64,000 nucleotides of DNA from Raillietiella orientalis (GCA_036172245.1 JAYWIR010000002.1:1984001-2048000); one strand, 5' to 3'. Shown: positions 52,375-64,000, counted from the first letter of the stretch. Numbers and translations: made by a program. Notes: generated by a model from the sequence alone, not told the origin.

Positions 52375-52430
52375 CTTGAGAAAAAGAAGAGGAAGGGAGA
52401 GAGAGAGAGAGAGAGAAGAAAAAAAAATAA
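52375..52430 (-). promoter_or_regulatory. Polypyrimidine tract and putative VAChT 3' splice acceptor (includes (CT)n microsatellite)
   Basis: About 50-nt pyrimidine run ending TTTTTCTCAAG; the exon would start at 52374, 254 nt before the VAChT ATG. Confidence 0.5.
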
Positions 52431-52650
52431 AAATCAACTTTTGGTGGTGACTGGGGCAGCAACTGCAGCATGCTTTTGTTTCTTTTATGCAGAGCAAACC
52501 GCTCGACTCCCCGCCTTCGCGAGGGCGACTGGCGCTACATCAGCTGGGTTGTCCAGGGAGACGCTTGACTGCGTTCAGCGGGGAACGGTCGCGTACCGCG
52601 AGAAGGCGGCGCACAGTCCGCCTTCTCGCGCCCGCCTGTGGCTTTCTTAC

Positions 52651-52827
52651 GGCTCGCAGGTCCAGCTCGAACTCCGTGAAGGGGTCCTTTAGTAGAGGGG
52701 AGCGATCGTTGCACTGAGCGAGCGCTGGCCGCGATAGGGCCATCCATCGGGTCCACCACCAGCTTCCAAAGGCACGGCGACCACAACTACGAGAGTTCGC
52801 GACTACACCGGAAGCTGCTCCATCCAT
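52651..52827 (-). CDS. ChAT: Putative shared ChAT/VAChT upstream exon, encoding the ChAT N-terminus MDGAASG...DPFTEFELDLRA (59 aa)
   Basis: ATG at 52827 follows a pyrimidine tract/CAG (52835-52834). Exon ends at a phase-0 donor GCC|GTAAGA (52650), just 5' of VAChT, as expected for the shared first exon of a cholinergic locus. Confidence 0.55.
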
Positions 52828-55800
52828 GTCAAACTGGAGGGGGGAGAAGGAGGAGGAGAACGGGGGGAGAGAGAGGGCGGTAAGGTTGTCGTTGTCCTTG
52901 CCGCGCGGGATTTGAACTGACCAAATCAGAGGCGAGTTAGAGAGGCAAGCGAATAGAACTGCCAATCATGTCCCGGTGAGTGGAAATGCTTGAGACAGCG
53001 AAGGAACGGAGACGATAGAAAGGAAAATAGAAATAGGGAGAAAAGGACAGCCAGTGCTTTCCCTTGGGCGTGCGCCATTCTTTCCGCTTCCCATCGGGGG
53101 AAAGTTCCGGAGGCGCCGCCTCCCTCCCGGTCGGTCCAGTGAAGCAACCTGGGGGAGAGCCGATCTCGTTCCCACCCTCGGTGACGCCGCCAGCCCTTTC
53201 CCTGATCCGCTTCGGGAGTCGCCTCGCCTTTCAGGGAACGAAGGGGGCAAAAGGGGTTCCTTTTGAGGAGTCTTCCCGGGGGAACGCTCCCTCCATCGGT
53301 CGAGGGACGACGCCACTCTGCGACAACGACGCTCCCCCCCTCATTCCCTCCTCTGGGTCAAGCGGCGGCGTTCCCCTCCCGAGAGGCGGAGAGGATCTGC
53401 GGATCTGCTCCTCAGCTCCCTTTCCGCGAACGCGCCCCTTCCGTCGAGAGAACACCCCCCCCCCACACACACACACAGACACCCTGAGCTCGCGAGCCAC
53501 GGAAGAAACCCCGGGACTACTCGGATCCGGGAATCCCTTCCTCCTCCCATCGTCCAAGCATCATCTAAGAAGACTCCCCTGGGGTTAGACGACCTTCACT
53601 GGACCTTCTGGAGGAGGACCAGAGGGGGGTTAGCAGCAAGCAGAGAGCGCCACCCTTCGGGGGAGCGAGACGGAAGGAGGGGTTGCTCCCTGCCCAGGTT
53701 CATGTTTAATGGCCCCCTGCCCTGTCCCATTCCGGGGCGTGCGGTTGGTGACCTTCGTTTTCGGGAAGGAACGGCGCTGCCTGTCCCCTGCCCCACTGCT
53801 GCCCGGCAAACCGCTCAGCACCGTGATGGCCGGGGAGAGGTGGGTGCGCGCTCCTTCCGCCCTCGAGTCTCTATGATGACTCCGAACGAAAAAGATCCAT
53901 CTCTCTTGCCTCCCCCACCTCCCCCACTTCTCCATGCTCCTTCCGAAAAACGCGAGCCCCAGAGGCAGTGTTTCACACGGAGGACCCAGCCGCGTTTCCA
54001 CCGACGGGGGAGACGGCTCAGCACCGAGGTGGTCTCCTCCTCTCCGCCGCCAAAGCCATCTGTTCTCCGGGACTCCCTCGCGCGCGCCCTTTCCCTACCT
54101 CTCCCCTCCTCCTTCCACTTGCGGGCGTCATGCCGGTCGGACGCCGCAGGTAGGGGAGACCCCTTTCCTCTGCCCCTGTGATGACCTCCGAACAGCCTCC
54201 GACGCTGCGCTGTCTTCCGCTGCCCGTGGGCAACCCCTGTCTGCTTTCGCTCGACCGCGTCTACCACTGAGGCGCCCTCCCCTGAGCTCTGCGGCGATGC
54301 AGGGTCGATCTTCCCCGCCGTTCCCTTCAGGACATGGCCCGCGACGGGTGATCCTCGTAAAGGGAAAGTCCTGCCGCCGCCACCCCGCCGCAAAGTCGGG
54401 AAGACTTGCGCAGGTAACGCGATCGGCAGTCCCGCTTCCTCCTCTTCGGGATGCCAGGGGCGATCTGCGGGGAAAGCTGGTTCCAGGAGGAACAGCGTCT
54501 CCCCACCCACCCCTCCTCTCCTCACCCTCTCCAACGGAAAAGGAAAACAAGGGAAAACGGGAAGAAGAGTGTCCAGGAGCGAACCCAGGAAGCGGAGGAT
54601 TTCCGGGTCCGGCCTATCGATTCCTTCCCTGCCTGGTTTCTCTGCAGAAAGAGGCCGCAGGAGCGTGGGTCAAAACGACCAGAAAAACGGCGAAAGCGCG
54701 TCCGAGGGAGGGGTCAAACTGGGATGACCTTGGGAAAAACCTCCCCGCTTCCCCCTCCCCCCGCTTTCCCATACCTTTTCCCTGCTGCGAGAACGACACC
54801 GGAAGGACGTCCCGTCGCTCATCTGCGGTGGAGCGTGGTCGGGGAGGGGTGGACCGAGAGGGAAAGAAAAAGGCTGGAGCGAGGATGCGGGGTGGTACTT
54901 CCGCGTTTTCCTTCCTCCTCGCCGCTTACTCTGCGTTCCGGGAAGGCACAGGCTGCACACGCTTTTTTTCCCTTCCCTGAGAAGGCGGCCGGGATCGGGG
55001 AGGGAGAAAGGGGAAGGGGGGGTGGAGGGAGGGAGGGGATTACTGACGAGACACTCGCCGTTTGCTCCGGAGCAAATCCATTCCTTACCGGGAACAAATC
55101 CGCGCCGCGGCAATTCCAGACTGCAATTTTTCACAGATCTGCCTGTGGGCGTTCAGGGAGAGCGCGGCGCAAACTGCGAGCAAATCCTTGCTTGGGGACC
55201 ATCCGTCGCCTCCGGAATTATCTCGCCGGCAATGAGATAAACGCCGCCGAGATCCTGCCAGCACCACAGTGATAAAGGTCCCCGAGATTCCGAGCTGGCT
55301 GCGAGAGGTTCGGTACGTCGCGGGCTTGACGAGATACCGGGAGACAGATAAGATAAAAATGGCTGGATCAGCTCGGGCGTCCGACCGAGCAGGGCAGCCC
55401 GCGGAGGGACAGAGTGAAGCGCGCGCTGGGGAAGGGGAGAGGAGGGAGGGGGGGAGGGAAGCGCACATGCTGTCACCTGACGGGGGGAGGGTGCGAACCC
55501 GTCCGGAAGCCGATTGGGGGTCACGAGCTGCGTGGGAGGAAGGAAGGGCAGGACCATGCTCGGACCTCAACGATCGGGGGAACCGAACCGCCTGGGGTGA
55601 TCTGGAAGCCACTCGGCGGCCATTGCTGCACGCGCAGAGTGCCACTCGTCGCTGGCGCCCCGAGAGGTCCTGCTTTGCTACCCTACGAATGTCTCCATTC
55701 GCTGTGCGCCTTCCTCGGTGGACCAGCCACCTTGCACCTGGGACCTTCTTCGGAGAAGCAGACCTAAGCTCCGAAATTCGCCATCTTCGAAGACGGGGGG

Positions 55801-57689
55801 AAAGTCGGCAGCACTTGAACGGTGTCAACGCTTCCCCCGAGCCAACGGCTTAGTTATCTTAGAGTGAAGGCATGGCCTTCTCACATACGACTTGGAGTTG
55901 CTTGATTGCGGCTTTCTCTGTCGAAAAACTTTCCCTTTCACAGTGAACGCAGCAACTAACGGCAGCAGGGCGGTGTCGATGATGTTTGTTCCTGTATCTC
56001 GTCGCAAGGGATCTCGGAGGCGCATAATTTTTTTTTTTGATAAGCTGCGAGCGAAATGAGCAGCTTCCACCTGCAAACTTCGCCAGTCCGGTTTCGACGG
56101 AGCCCTACATTGTCACACGGATCTAAAATGATGCGAAAAGTCGCCGCTTGGCACGGCCGAGCCTGTTTGTTTGATTGTTTCCATGGCAATCCTTCCACTC
56201 TAATAATAGGCTTCAGGCGTAACCATAGGAAATCGCGACCAAGCCTGAGCAGTGATAAAGAAAGGGGGAGGGGGGGAAAATGGCGGCAAGATCGTTGCCA
56301 TCCCCTTGGATTGCAAATATCCCCAAGTAATCAAAATCAAGAGAAGGAAAAACAAAAACAAGCAAAAGAAAGGATGAAACAAAAGGTCTGCGATCTTTTT
56401 CCCAGTGTTTGAAAGTGATGATCAAATGTATGGCTCAAGTACAAATTGTCTTTACTCAAAGTGTGGTATCATCGAGCAAAAAGGAAGGAAGAAAAAAAAA
56501 AAGGGAATGCTTCCCACATCTCAGAGTGTAGCATGTTCGTAGGCACCGCAGACGAGGGGGCGCGAGCTGGACATTTCACGCATCTCCCTGTTTATCCAGA
56601 AGGGAATTCCATGCAAAGGTAATGCGCACACCGGGAATCAATAGGCATCGCATTACAAGGAATTTGCAGCGTCGGCGTGAGGCAACGAATATCTTACCTT
56701 GGCAGAAACGGAGGCTTCTCGTAGGTCTTGCTGCTAGCCCGACTCCTAGCACATGATATCTAGGAGGCTGCAAGAATTCCAGGTGATTAATGTCCACCCG
56801 AACAGTGCAGAGCCTCTGCTGTGCTGGGAAGATCAGCTGCTTCTGCCACGGATTCAATGAGAAGAACCAGAGACGACTTCTTCCATTCCATTGGTCGCTC
56901 CGTTTCCTTACGTCAGGGATCTCCACGGCTTCATTGGATGAGAAAGCTCCGTCCCAGTTCCTCGTGCGGGGAAAGGCCTACCTTGGAATGCGTGCCGTAT
57001 CGCCGTTCCTGACTGGAATTCCTTCCCATTGGTCTGGAGAGGCAGGCAGAGGCGATTTTTTCCTGCTCCCCCTCCCGCTCTCGGAAGCGACCGGGAAAGT
57101 TGCGAGCCGCGGTGCTTCTCCCGGTTGTCTATCATGCTCAATCCGTCACTGTCGGCTGGAAGGAAAAAAATCGATACCGTCACAGACACCTGCCACGTTG
57201 CTTGAGCAACGGCGCGACGCCGCGGGAGCGCCAGCCGCAGCTTACTATAAATAGCGCGCGCGCTCATCGGGAGGACGCGATCCTCCCTTCGCGCGCCACT
57301 TCCCGTGCCTGCTTCGTGGGACGTGGGGCGGCGGCTGTTCCCCCGTCGAGATCACCTCCCCTACCACCACCACTCCCCCCGGGTCAAAGGCTCGGCTCCT
57401 CCTCATCGCTCGCCAGGGCTGCTCCCCGAAGCCGAAGGGGTCTCCCTGCCTTCCCCCTCCCTCCCTCCTCGAAGCATCCTCTCTCCGCGAGTTGCCCCCT
57501 TCCCTACTGGGGGCGGGGAGAAACCACCGCCCTTGGGCCAACCGCCGACTGGTTGGAGGCCACCCGCAAGAGGGCTGCCTCCGGTATCAACGGACCGCCA
57601 TCCTGCTTGCCGATCCTTCCCTGACGACACTTGGCTAACGCACCTCGGAGAACGTTGCTTCGACCTCCTCCCCCCTTCCCTGGATGCGA

Positions 57690-57940
57690 GACGCCTCCCG
57701 ATTTCCCTGAAGGGCGCCTCCCGGAATCGAGCAGCACGCTTCTTCTCACTCTGGAGAGACGCCAGCCAGCCAGCTCCAATGTGCTACAGATGGAGGCCTC
57801 CCCAGAGGGGAGGACACTCACCACCGGACACTTCCTAACCGGAGAGAACCCCGAAGAGAACCCCGAAGAAGAACCCGACTCCAGGAGTGTTCCCAGAAGG
57901 ACCCCGAAAGATCGACTTGCAATCCCAGCCAGTCTCGGAA
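57690..57940 (+). repeat. Dispersed repeat, homologue of 43125-43370, with short GAACCCCGAAGA tandem units
   Basis: Direct visual alignment; see the partner feature at 43125-43370. Confidence 0.7.
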
Positions 57941-59199
57941 GAGGATGGGGGGGGGAGGAACAGATCGAGCCGTTGGTGTTGGTGGGCGCCGTCCGGGGAG
58001 GCGCCCTCGAGCATCCCCCCCACGGTCCTCCCCGTCCTCTTCCCCCACGAAAACCCTGATCGACCGGCTGGAGTCGGTAGGGGAGGGTCTTCCGTGGTCA
58101 AGCGTTCCCTCTCGCTCCCACAAGGGACCGCCAGCGAGGGAACGGGAGAGAGGCGGATGGGGCTCTCCCTCTTTGTCCCTCGAACCGGCCCTCCTCGGGA
58201 CGGAGAGCTCCCAGGGGAGCCTCTTCCCCTTCGTTCCCGCCGCCGCTTCACTCCCCATGCGACGCCCCCCCTTCCCCTTTCCTGGAGAGTCGGTGAAGTG
58301 GACGCGTAGCCGATACAAGTCCTCTTCTTAGCTCCCCTACTCCCCCCGCTCCGATGCCCCTGCCGGAGAGTTCGGAGGGAGAGGTGCGTGCTGTTATCTT
58401 GGTCGTCCCTACAGAGAGAGACGTATTCTCGATAGAAAGGGAGGGACGACCACCTGCCCCCCTTTCCGCTCGGAGGAAAGACCAAAGATGGGAAGAGCGG
58501 AGGCCGCGCTTTTCTGGAGTTCCGTCCCGGCTGGAGGCCGCCGGGGCTCCTCCGGTAGATGAGGCGGCCTGGCTCGCCCCCTCAGGCATCCCGGAACAGA
58601 GCGCCTCGGGACGTGAGAGAGCAAGGAGCAGGGGAGCACACACGTCCCTCGGAGCATCGCCCGTGCAGAGGGAAAAGAGGGAAGACGCGTGCCGTTTTCC
58701 CCTTCCCCCCACCCCTCCCTTCCCTTCCCCAGGGAGAACGGGGCTCGCGGAAGGGGAACCTGGGCAGGCGTCAGTCAGGCGATTCCCGGAGGGGTGGGTG
58801 GGTGGCGAAGAGCGACCCGGGGAGATGCTCCTTGAGAAGGAGAGCTCGGGGGGGGGATCAGGAGGAGGAAGAGGAGAGCAGGGTGCCTCCCCGCTCTTTG
58901 GAGTGAGCGGAAGGAGGACTCGGGACCCCAGCGCTCCCTCGCCACCCTGCCCTTTTTCGGTAGGAAGTCGCCAGAGAGAAGGGCAAGGGTAGCGGATGAT
59001 GCAGGAAATTCCCCTTGCACCCCCCTTCCCTCTTTCCCTCTCTGTCCACAACTGTCTGCTACCAAGAGCCTGCTTCTTCCTCCTCAAGGCGCAGGGTCTC
59101 TGAAGACAAGCAGCTCCACCGCGTGAGAGGGGAAGGAGGCGAAGGAGAGGGAGAGGGTCAGGGGAGTCAGTCCGCCAGGATCGCCCGTGCACAGGAATG

Positions 59200-62100
59200 A
59201 GAGCGCGGGCTCCTTCCTGCGCGGTCGCACGGCTGTCTCAGCCATCCGGGAGATGCCCCGCGTCCTCTCTTTCCGATCCGCTCCTCCTTACGAGCTGCCT
59301 GGCCCACTTGGAGGAGCTCCCGGAGACCCCCCTTGCCCTGCTGGAACGCGCGCTCCTCTCCTCTCCCTCCTTCCTCTCCCGGCGCTCGAAAGCGCTCTTC
59401 CTTCCGTCTTCCCGGGAAGGAAGGGCTCGAGCTGCGAATGCGGCAAGTGTGCTCCGGGACTTCCTCCTCTGGGAGTTTCCGCGAATGGCAATCCTGCAGA
59501 CGTAAGAGCGATCCCGCCAGGAAAGCGGGGCACACCACGGGTTCCGTCTCGGATCTCGCAGGCTCCCGTCTTTCCTGCCATCTCTCTTCTCGCCTTTTCC
59601 TTCTGTCGCTGCTTCCCGGCCGCAACGTCTTGCTTCTCCGCGGGAGCTGGCGGGATTGATCTCGCCGTAAATCGAATCTCTGGACACCCGATGCCCAACG
59701 CCGCCACGGTCGCCTTCCAGGTGACAGATGACGGGAGGGCGGGGAGGAGATTGGTGAGACCACCTTTCCTGCACCTTCCGCGACTCGCGCGGAGCGGCCA
59801 GGAAGGGCTCGGACAGAGAGACGGGGGAGCGCGCGCACCTGGACGACGAGCTGCAGACGGGAACGCCGTACCAAGGGACGGTCCACACCACCCGAGCAAC
59901 GGGGACGGATCTTCCGTGCTCATGCGAGTGCATCAAGAGTCGTCTAGACGGAGTTGATGAGCGCTGCGAAAAATTAAGGGGAGGAAGCAACCGTAAATTA
60001 ATTTAAAAATGGAAAAAAGGGAACGAAAAATCTGAACTTGAGAGAAGCAAGGCTTGCCGGGAAAAGTGCGTTCACCTTCCTGTTTCATGTTCCGATTCCC
60101 AAGGTACATCGAAGTGTTTGGATTCCAAATTATCGTTAATGTCCCTAGGGGCGCTACGCGAGGGGATGCACGAAGCGAGGCTTTTGAAGCGTCCGTTGCC
60201 AGCGCGAACGGAAAGAGGAACGAACAAGGGATTTGCAAGGATTACGTGTGTCCACGAGTTTTTCGATCCTTTTGTTAGGTAACACGGCTACGGGTTTTCG
60301 ATTTCCTTCAAGAGCGGCACGGCAGCGTGTTCGACCGAAGACTGCCCTTTGTTTCCCAGAAGTGTTTCCAGAATCGATTCCAGCCGGCACGCAAAGCACC
60401 GCAACACGCACGCGAACGCCACGCAACCGGGAACTCCAGCGGGCCTACGTGCGTTCGTTACGTCTCGGTCGCCTTGGCACCGCGCGGTCACGTGATTCGC
60501 ACGGCGCGGGTCGGACGCTCGGTCGGCTTTCCTCCACCTTGAGAGAAACGAAACGGTCAAAATCGGAAGTCGCGTTCCGATCGGGGGCTCAAGAGATGGG
60601 TGGGGCTGTTTCTCTTGCTGTTTCACAAAGGTTACTTCCAGCAACCGGGAAACATCGTGGGGACTGTCGACCGCAGCATCGGGAAAAGTCCAGAACTTTG
60701 AAAAACCAAAGCTGCGGGGTTCAGGGCGCGTACCGGAAACGGTCGCGACCGTCCGCCGACTTTCTGCGACGCGCACGCAGCACGCAGTGAACGCGAAAAG
60801 TTAAAGGGAAGGAAAAGTCGCGGCTTCCTGCGGACTCCTGGAAAGCCGCAGATTCAGGAGACGGACGGAAAGCTTCCTTCCATCTTGGGTAACGCCGACG
60901 AAGGAGGGAGCAGACGCGGACAAAAGCAAAGCAGCTGCTTCAGAAAAGCTTAACAAAACGATTCTTCCAGCCTTGCCCAGGTGTGGAAATATGTAGTTAA
61001 TCAAACATCGGACATTTCCAGAAATCCGTGGACGGGGGGCCAGAAGCCCCTCGCTTCCCATGAGAAAGGGACTGTGCAACTCTCGAAACCATTTGCAACG
61101 CTAGTTGCGAAATCCAGTGCTTCCTCTTGCACCGTCGGATTTTGTGCCCAAAGGTCTTTCGATGGACACACTCATAAGGACGAAACGTGCCAGCTGACCT
61201 CGGGTCGTGGATTTGAACAGCAAGCTGGACTCTCTCCAGGCCGGTTCGTCGCTGTGCGCAGGACGTGCCCGGGAAGAACCACGCGCCCAGGTTCAATGCG
61301 AACAAGGGTCGGATCCGCTGCTCTGTCGGCTACCCGGAATGATCTGCCCGCTGACGGTTCCGAGACGGGGAAGAATCCAAGTTTCGAACCCGGATGGGGA
61401 AAACAGAAAATGCAAGCAGCGGGAGCAGAGGTGAGTCCCTCTCTTCCCCCCCAGTGACTTGGATGAACGGATCCGCTAAAAGACTCGGGGTTCGAGGCAC
61501 TCAGGGAGCTTCCGGAAGCTCCGCGAGGCAGGAAAAGCGAGAGAGCAAGGGATCCGAGAGGCGTGGAAGACAAGCAGCAGTAGATGCCCCAGCTGGACTA
61601 GCGGCCTGACGCAGACAGGACAGCCCAACTTCGTGCTTTAGCCCCACCGAGAGCCCTGCAGACAGCTCTCTCCCTGACCAATGTGTCGTCCCCCTTTCTT
61701 AAGCCTCCCGTTGCCAGCGGCGCATCTTCCCTTCCGAGAAGCAGCACTCGTCCCGGACGTCCGACGCATCGGATTTTCGAAGGCCGCAGTGAGGTGAACC
61801 CAGCCCCTGGGATTTCGTCAGCACCAAACCCGTGTATGACCTGAGGGGCGTGATCCAACGCGCTACCAGTGGTACCAATGCGCGATCAGTGGACCACGCA
61901 CTGTTCTTGCAGTCCCCGGGGCTTGTAGTCCTGCGTTCACGTCTCGACGGACTCTGTAAGATCGCGACCATCCCCCACCCCATACTCTCCATCTCCCTAA
62001 TTCTTCCTGAACCACGTTGATCGGTTTCGCCGAATGCCCGCAGGAGTACTCGGAGAATGTCCGACTCCACGTCCTTTGGGAGACAAAGCTCAGGGCTCCA

Positions 62101-62250
62101 GGAGGGTCCTGACTCCCTAACTTGGTTAGCGGGCCCGTCCGTCAGGTGACTGTGACGCTTAGGGGAGCGTGGGAAGAGAGCTCCCTCCCCGAAAGAGCAC
62201 AAGAGCTCGATACCCGCCGTATCTGGTCCTCTTCGAGGATGGAGGAGGCT
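59200..62250 (-). mobile_element. Possible decayed Tx1-like LINE remnants
   Basis: LPKDVESDILRVLLRAFGE (about 62030-62090) resembles Tx1 ORF1, and KGGLTNL (about 59750) resembles the post-RT GGL motif. Fragmentary. Confidence 0.35.
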
Positions 62251-64000
62251 TCAGAGGAAACGGAAGAAAGCAGCTCTGGGACCCGTTTCTTCCCGGTGGG
62301 AAGCGAAGAGAGGAGGAGGTTCCTGCGATTCTGGTTGCTTCCCGGAAAACTCCGATAGGAAAGTGCTGAGAAAGGTGGGGGGCGCTCACTGGGAACGGAC
62401 ACGGGACGAGGGCCTAAGGAAAGAAACAGGGCGTCTGAAGCCCTTCCTATCTCACCTATCACGTCTCTCCTGAGCTCCAGAGGCAGGGGAAGCGCGGTAG
62501 GGAGGGAGATGAAGTGACCTCCCGGAAGTGACTTCGACGAGGGTGGAAGGAATGAGGAAAGGTGAGCAGTGATCAGGAGCAGTTTTCTGCCAGGAACGCA
62601 CTCCGCGTCCCTCGTGACCACAAGGACAGAGGGACGGAATGGGGGGGTGAGGAGTGTCGAAGTTGGGATGGCAGTGTCTGCCCTTCTCGTCCCTTTCCCC
62701 AGCGGACGTCCACGAGGTCGCCTCTGCCCAGATCGGGAGAGCACTGAGGGGTGGGGATGCTCCTACCCCATTCCCTCCCTTCTTCTACCCCTCCCAGGAT
62801 GCTCTGGGACTCGTCGACGGACCTTTCTCGGTTGGCAGTTGCTTCTGCAAGGATGTCCTTTAGGGTCGTGGGTCGACTTGGCACCATCGGTGGGAACTGC
62901 GTTCTATTAGTGTCCCGCCTGGAGATCCCTTTCCAGCCCCGCTGGAGTCCTCTAGGAGGTTGGGAGGGGAGGGAAGGGAGGAAGAGGGACGTAGCAGCAG
63001 ATAGAGAGGGGTCGGGGAGAGGGGAGAATCAAGCCTTTCCGACCTTGTTCCTCCCCTCTCCCTGCCCGGAGCATCCGAGGTCCCGGGAAAGCCTCCAGCC
63101 TCCTGAGAGCGGGAGGAGAACGCGGCTGTCTCCCTTCCCTCGTCAGAATGGAGTCTTTCCTCCCCCGGGAGAGAAGGGAGCTTGGAGGGTTGTCAGACCC
63201 TTGTTCTCTCCCCCCCGCTTCTCCCCTTTCATCGGGGCGTTTCCTCGGGCCGAATTAACGAACTTTAATGAGCAGCCGCGCTGGTTCCCCGTTCCCAGGG
63301 CTGCGCCGGAGGCTGATTAAATTTTCATCGGGAATTCCTTGCGCTCTGTTCCTGCAGGGCGTTCCCGATGGATGCGAAGAACTCTAGGATTTTTATTTCT
63401 CTCCTCCCTGCCTCCTCTTCCCCTCTCTCTTCTACCTTCTCTCCTTGCGGCTCTGCACCCTGATGAGCCCCTGCTTGAAACAAGCAGATCTAATGAGCTG
63501 GCTCGCCCGTTTCCTTGGGAAGGAGTAGGAAAGGGAGAAGGAAAAAATGGGGAAGGGGAGGTGAAAGACGAAGGGATGCCCCTATCCCTTGCTCTCTCCC
63601 TTCCCTGAGTTTTAGTCCCTTTCGTGCTCCTTTTCCTTGTGTTCCGGAACGACGAGATTGGGGATTGAGCTTGCGTCCACCGAGGCGCAAGCCAAGAGTC
63701 CCTCTTCCACTTGCCCTCTCGTGAGTGCTGGGTTCGCACCTCGGCCCACCTTCCCTTCAGTCCCCATCGCGTCCAACCCCGCCAGGAGCCGTGTTGATGC
63801 TAGAAAGGAGCACCCATCACCTTTTCTTCCTGGAAGAGCCAAGCTTGGAGGCGCTGCCCGCACGCGATCCACCGACTTCTATTTCTTCCTCTCTTCTCCC
63901 GTCCTCCATCCCCTTCCCCCTTTCCAAGAGCCCCTCTGGTGCTTTTCACGTACCAGAGGCACCGTTTCCGTAGATCCTTCCCCCCCCAAAGTCCGCAGCT

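Noticed and set aside
1-64000. Prokaryotic systems (CRISPR arrays, operons, rRNA)
   Set aside because: Spliceosomal introns and animal genes show this is eukaryotic DNA; no repeat-spacer array or rRNA was seen.

Overview
Eukaryotic genomic DNA, most likely from a protostome invertebrate. Three protein-coding genes can be reconstructed, all on the minus strand. (1) TM9SF3/nonaspanin has 10 coding exons (7250-12238, 583 aa) and eight very short introns (38-69 nt), in an AT-rich, CpG-poor block. (2) Choline acetyltransferase (ChAT) has 10 core exons at 29176-38658, one of them flanked by a GC-AG intron. (3) An intronless vesicular acetylcholine transporter ORF (VAChT/SLC18A3, 50297-52120) lies 5' of the ChAT core exons on the same strand, giving the classic nested cholinergic gene locus. 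Splice-phase analysis suggests a shared coding exon (52827-52651). It would splice either to VAChT, creating a uORF that stops 20 nt before the VAChT ATG, or over VAChT via a 25-nt microexon (39132-39108) to give an N-terminally extended ChAT. A perfect hairpin and a possible acceptor-masking purine tract sit at this splice choice. The rest is GC-rich and largely made of decayed L1/Tx1-like non-LTR retrotransposons, plus a hAT-type MITE, a tRNA-like element and other dispersed repeats. All calls come from reading the sequence; no database searches were run.
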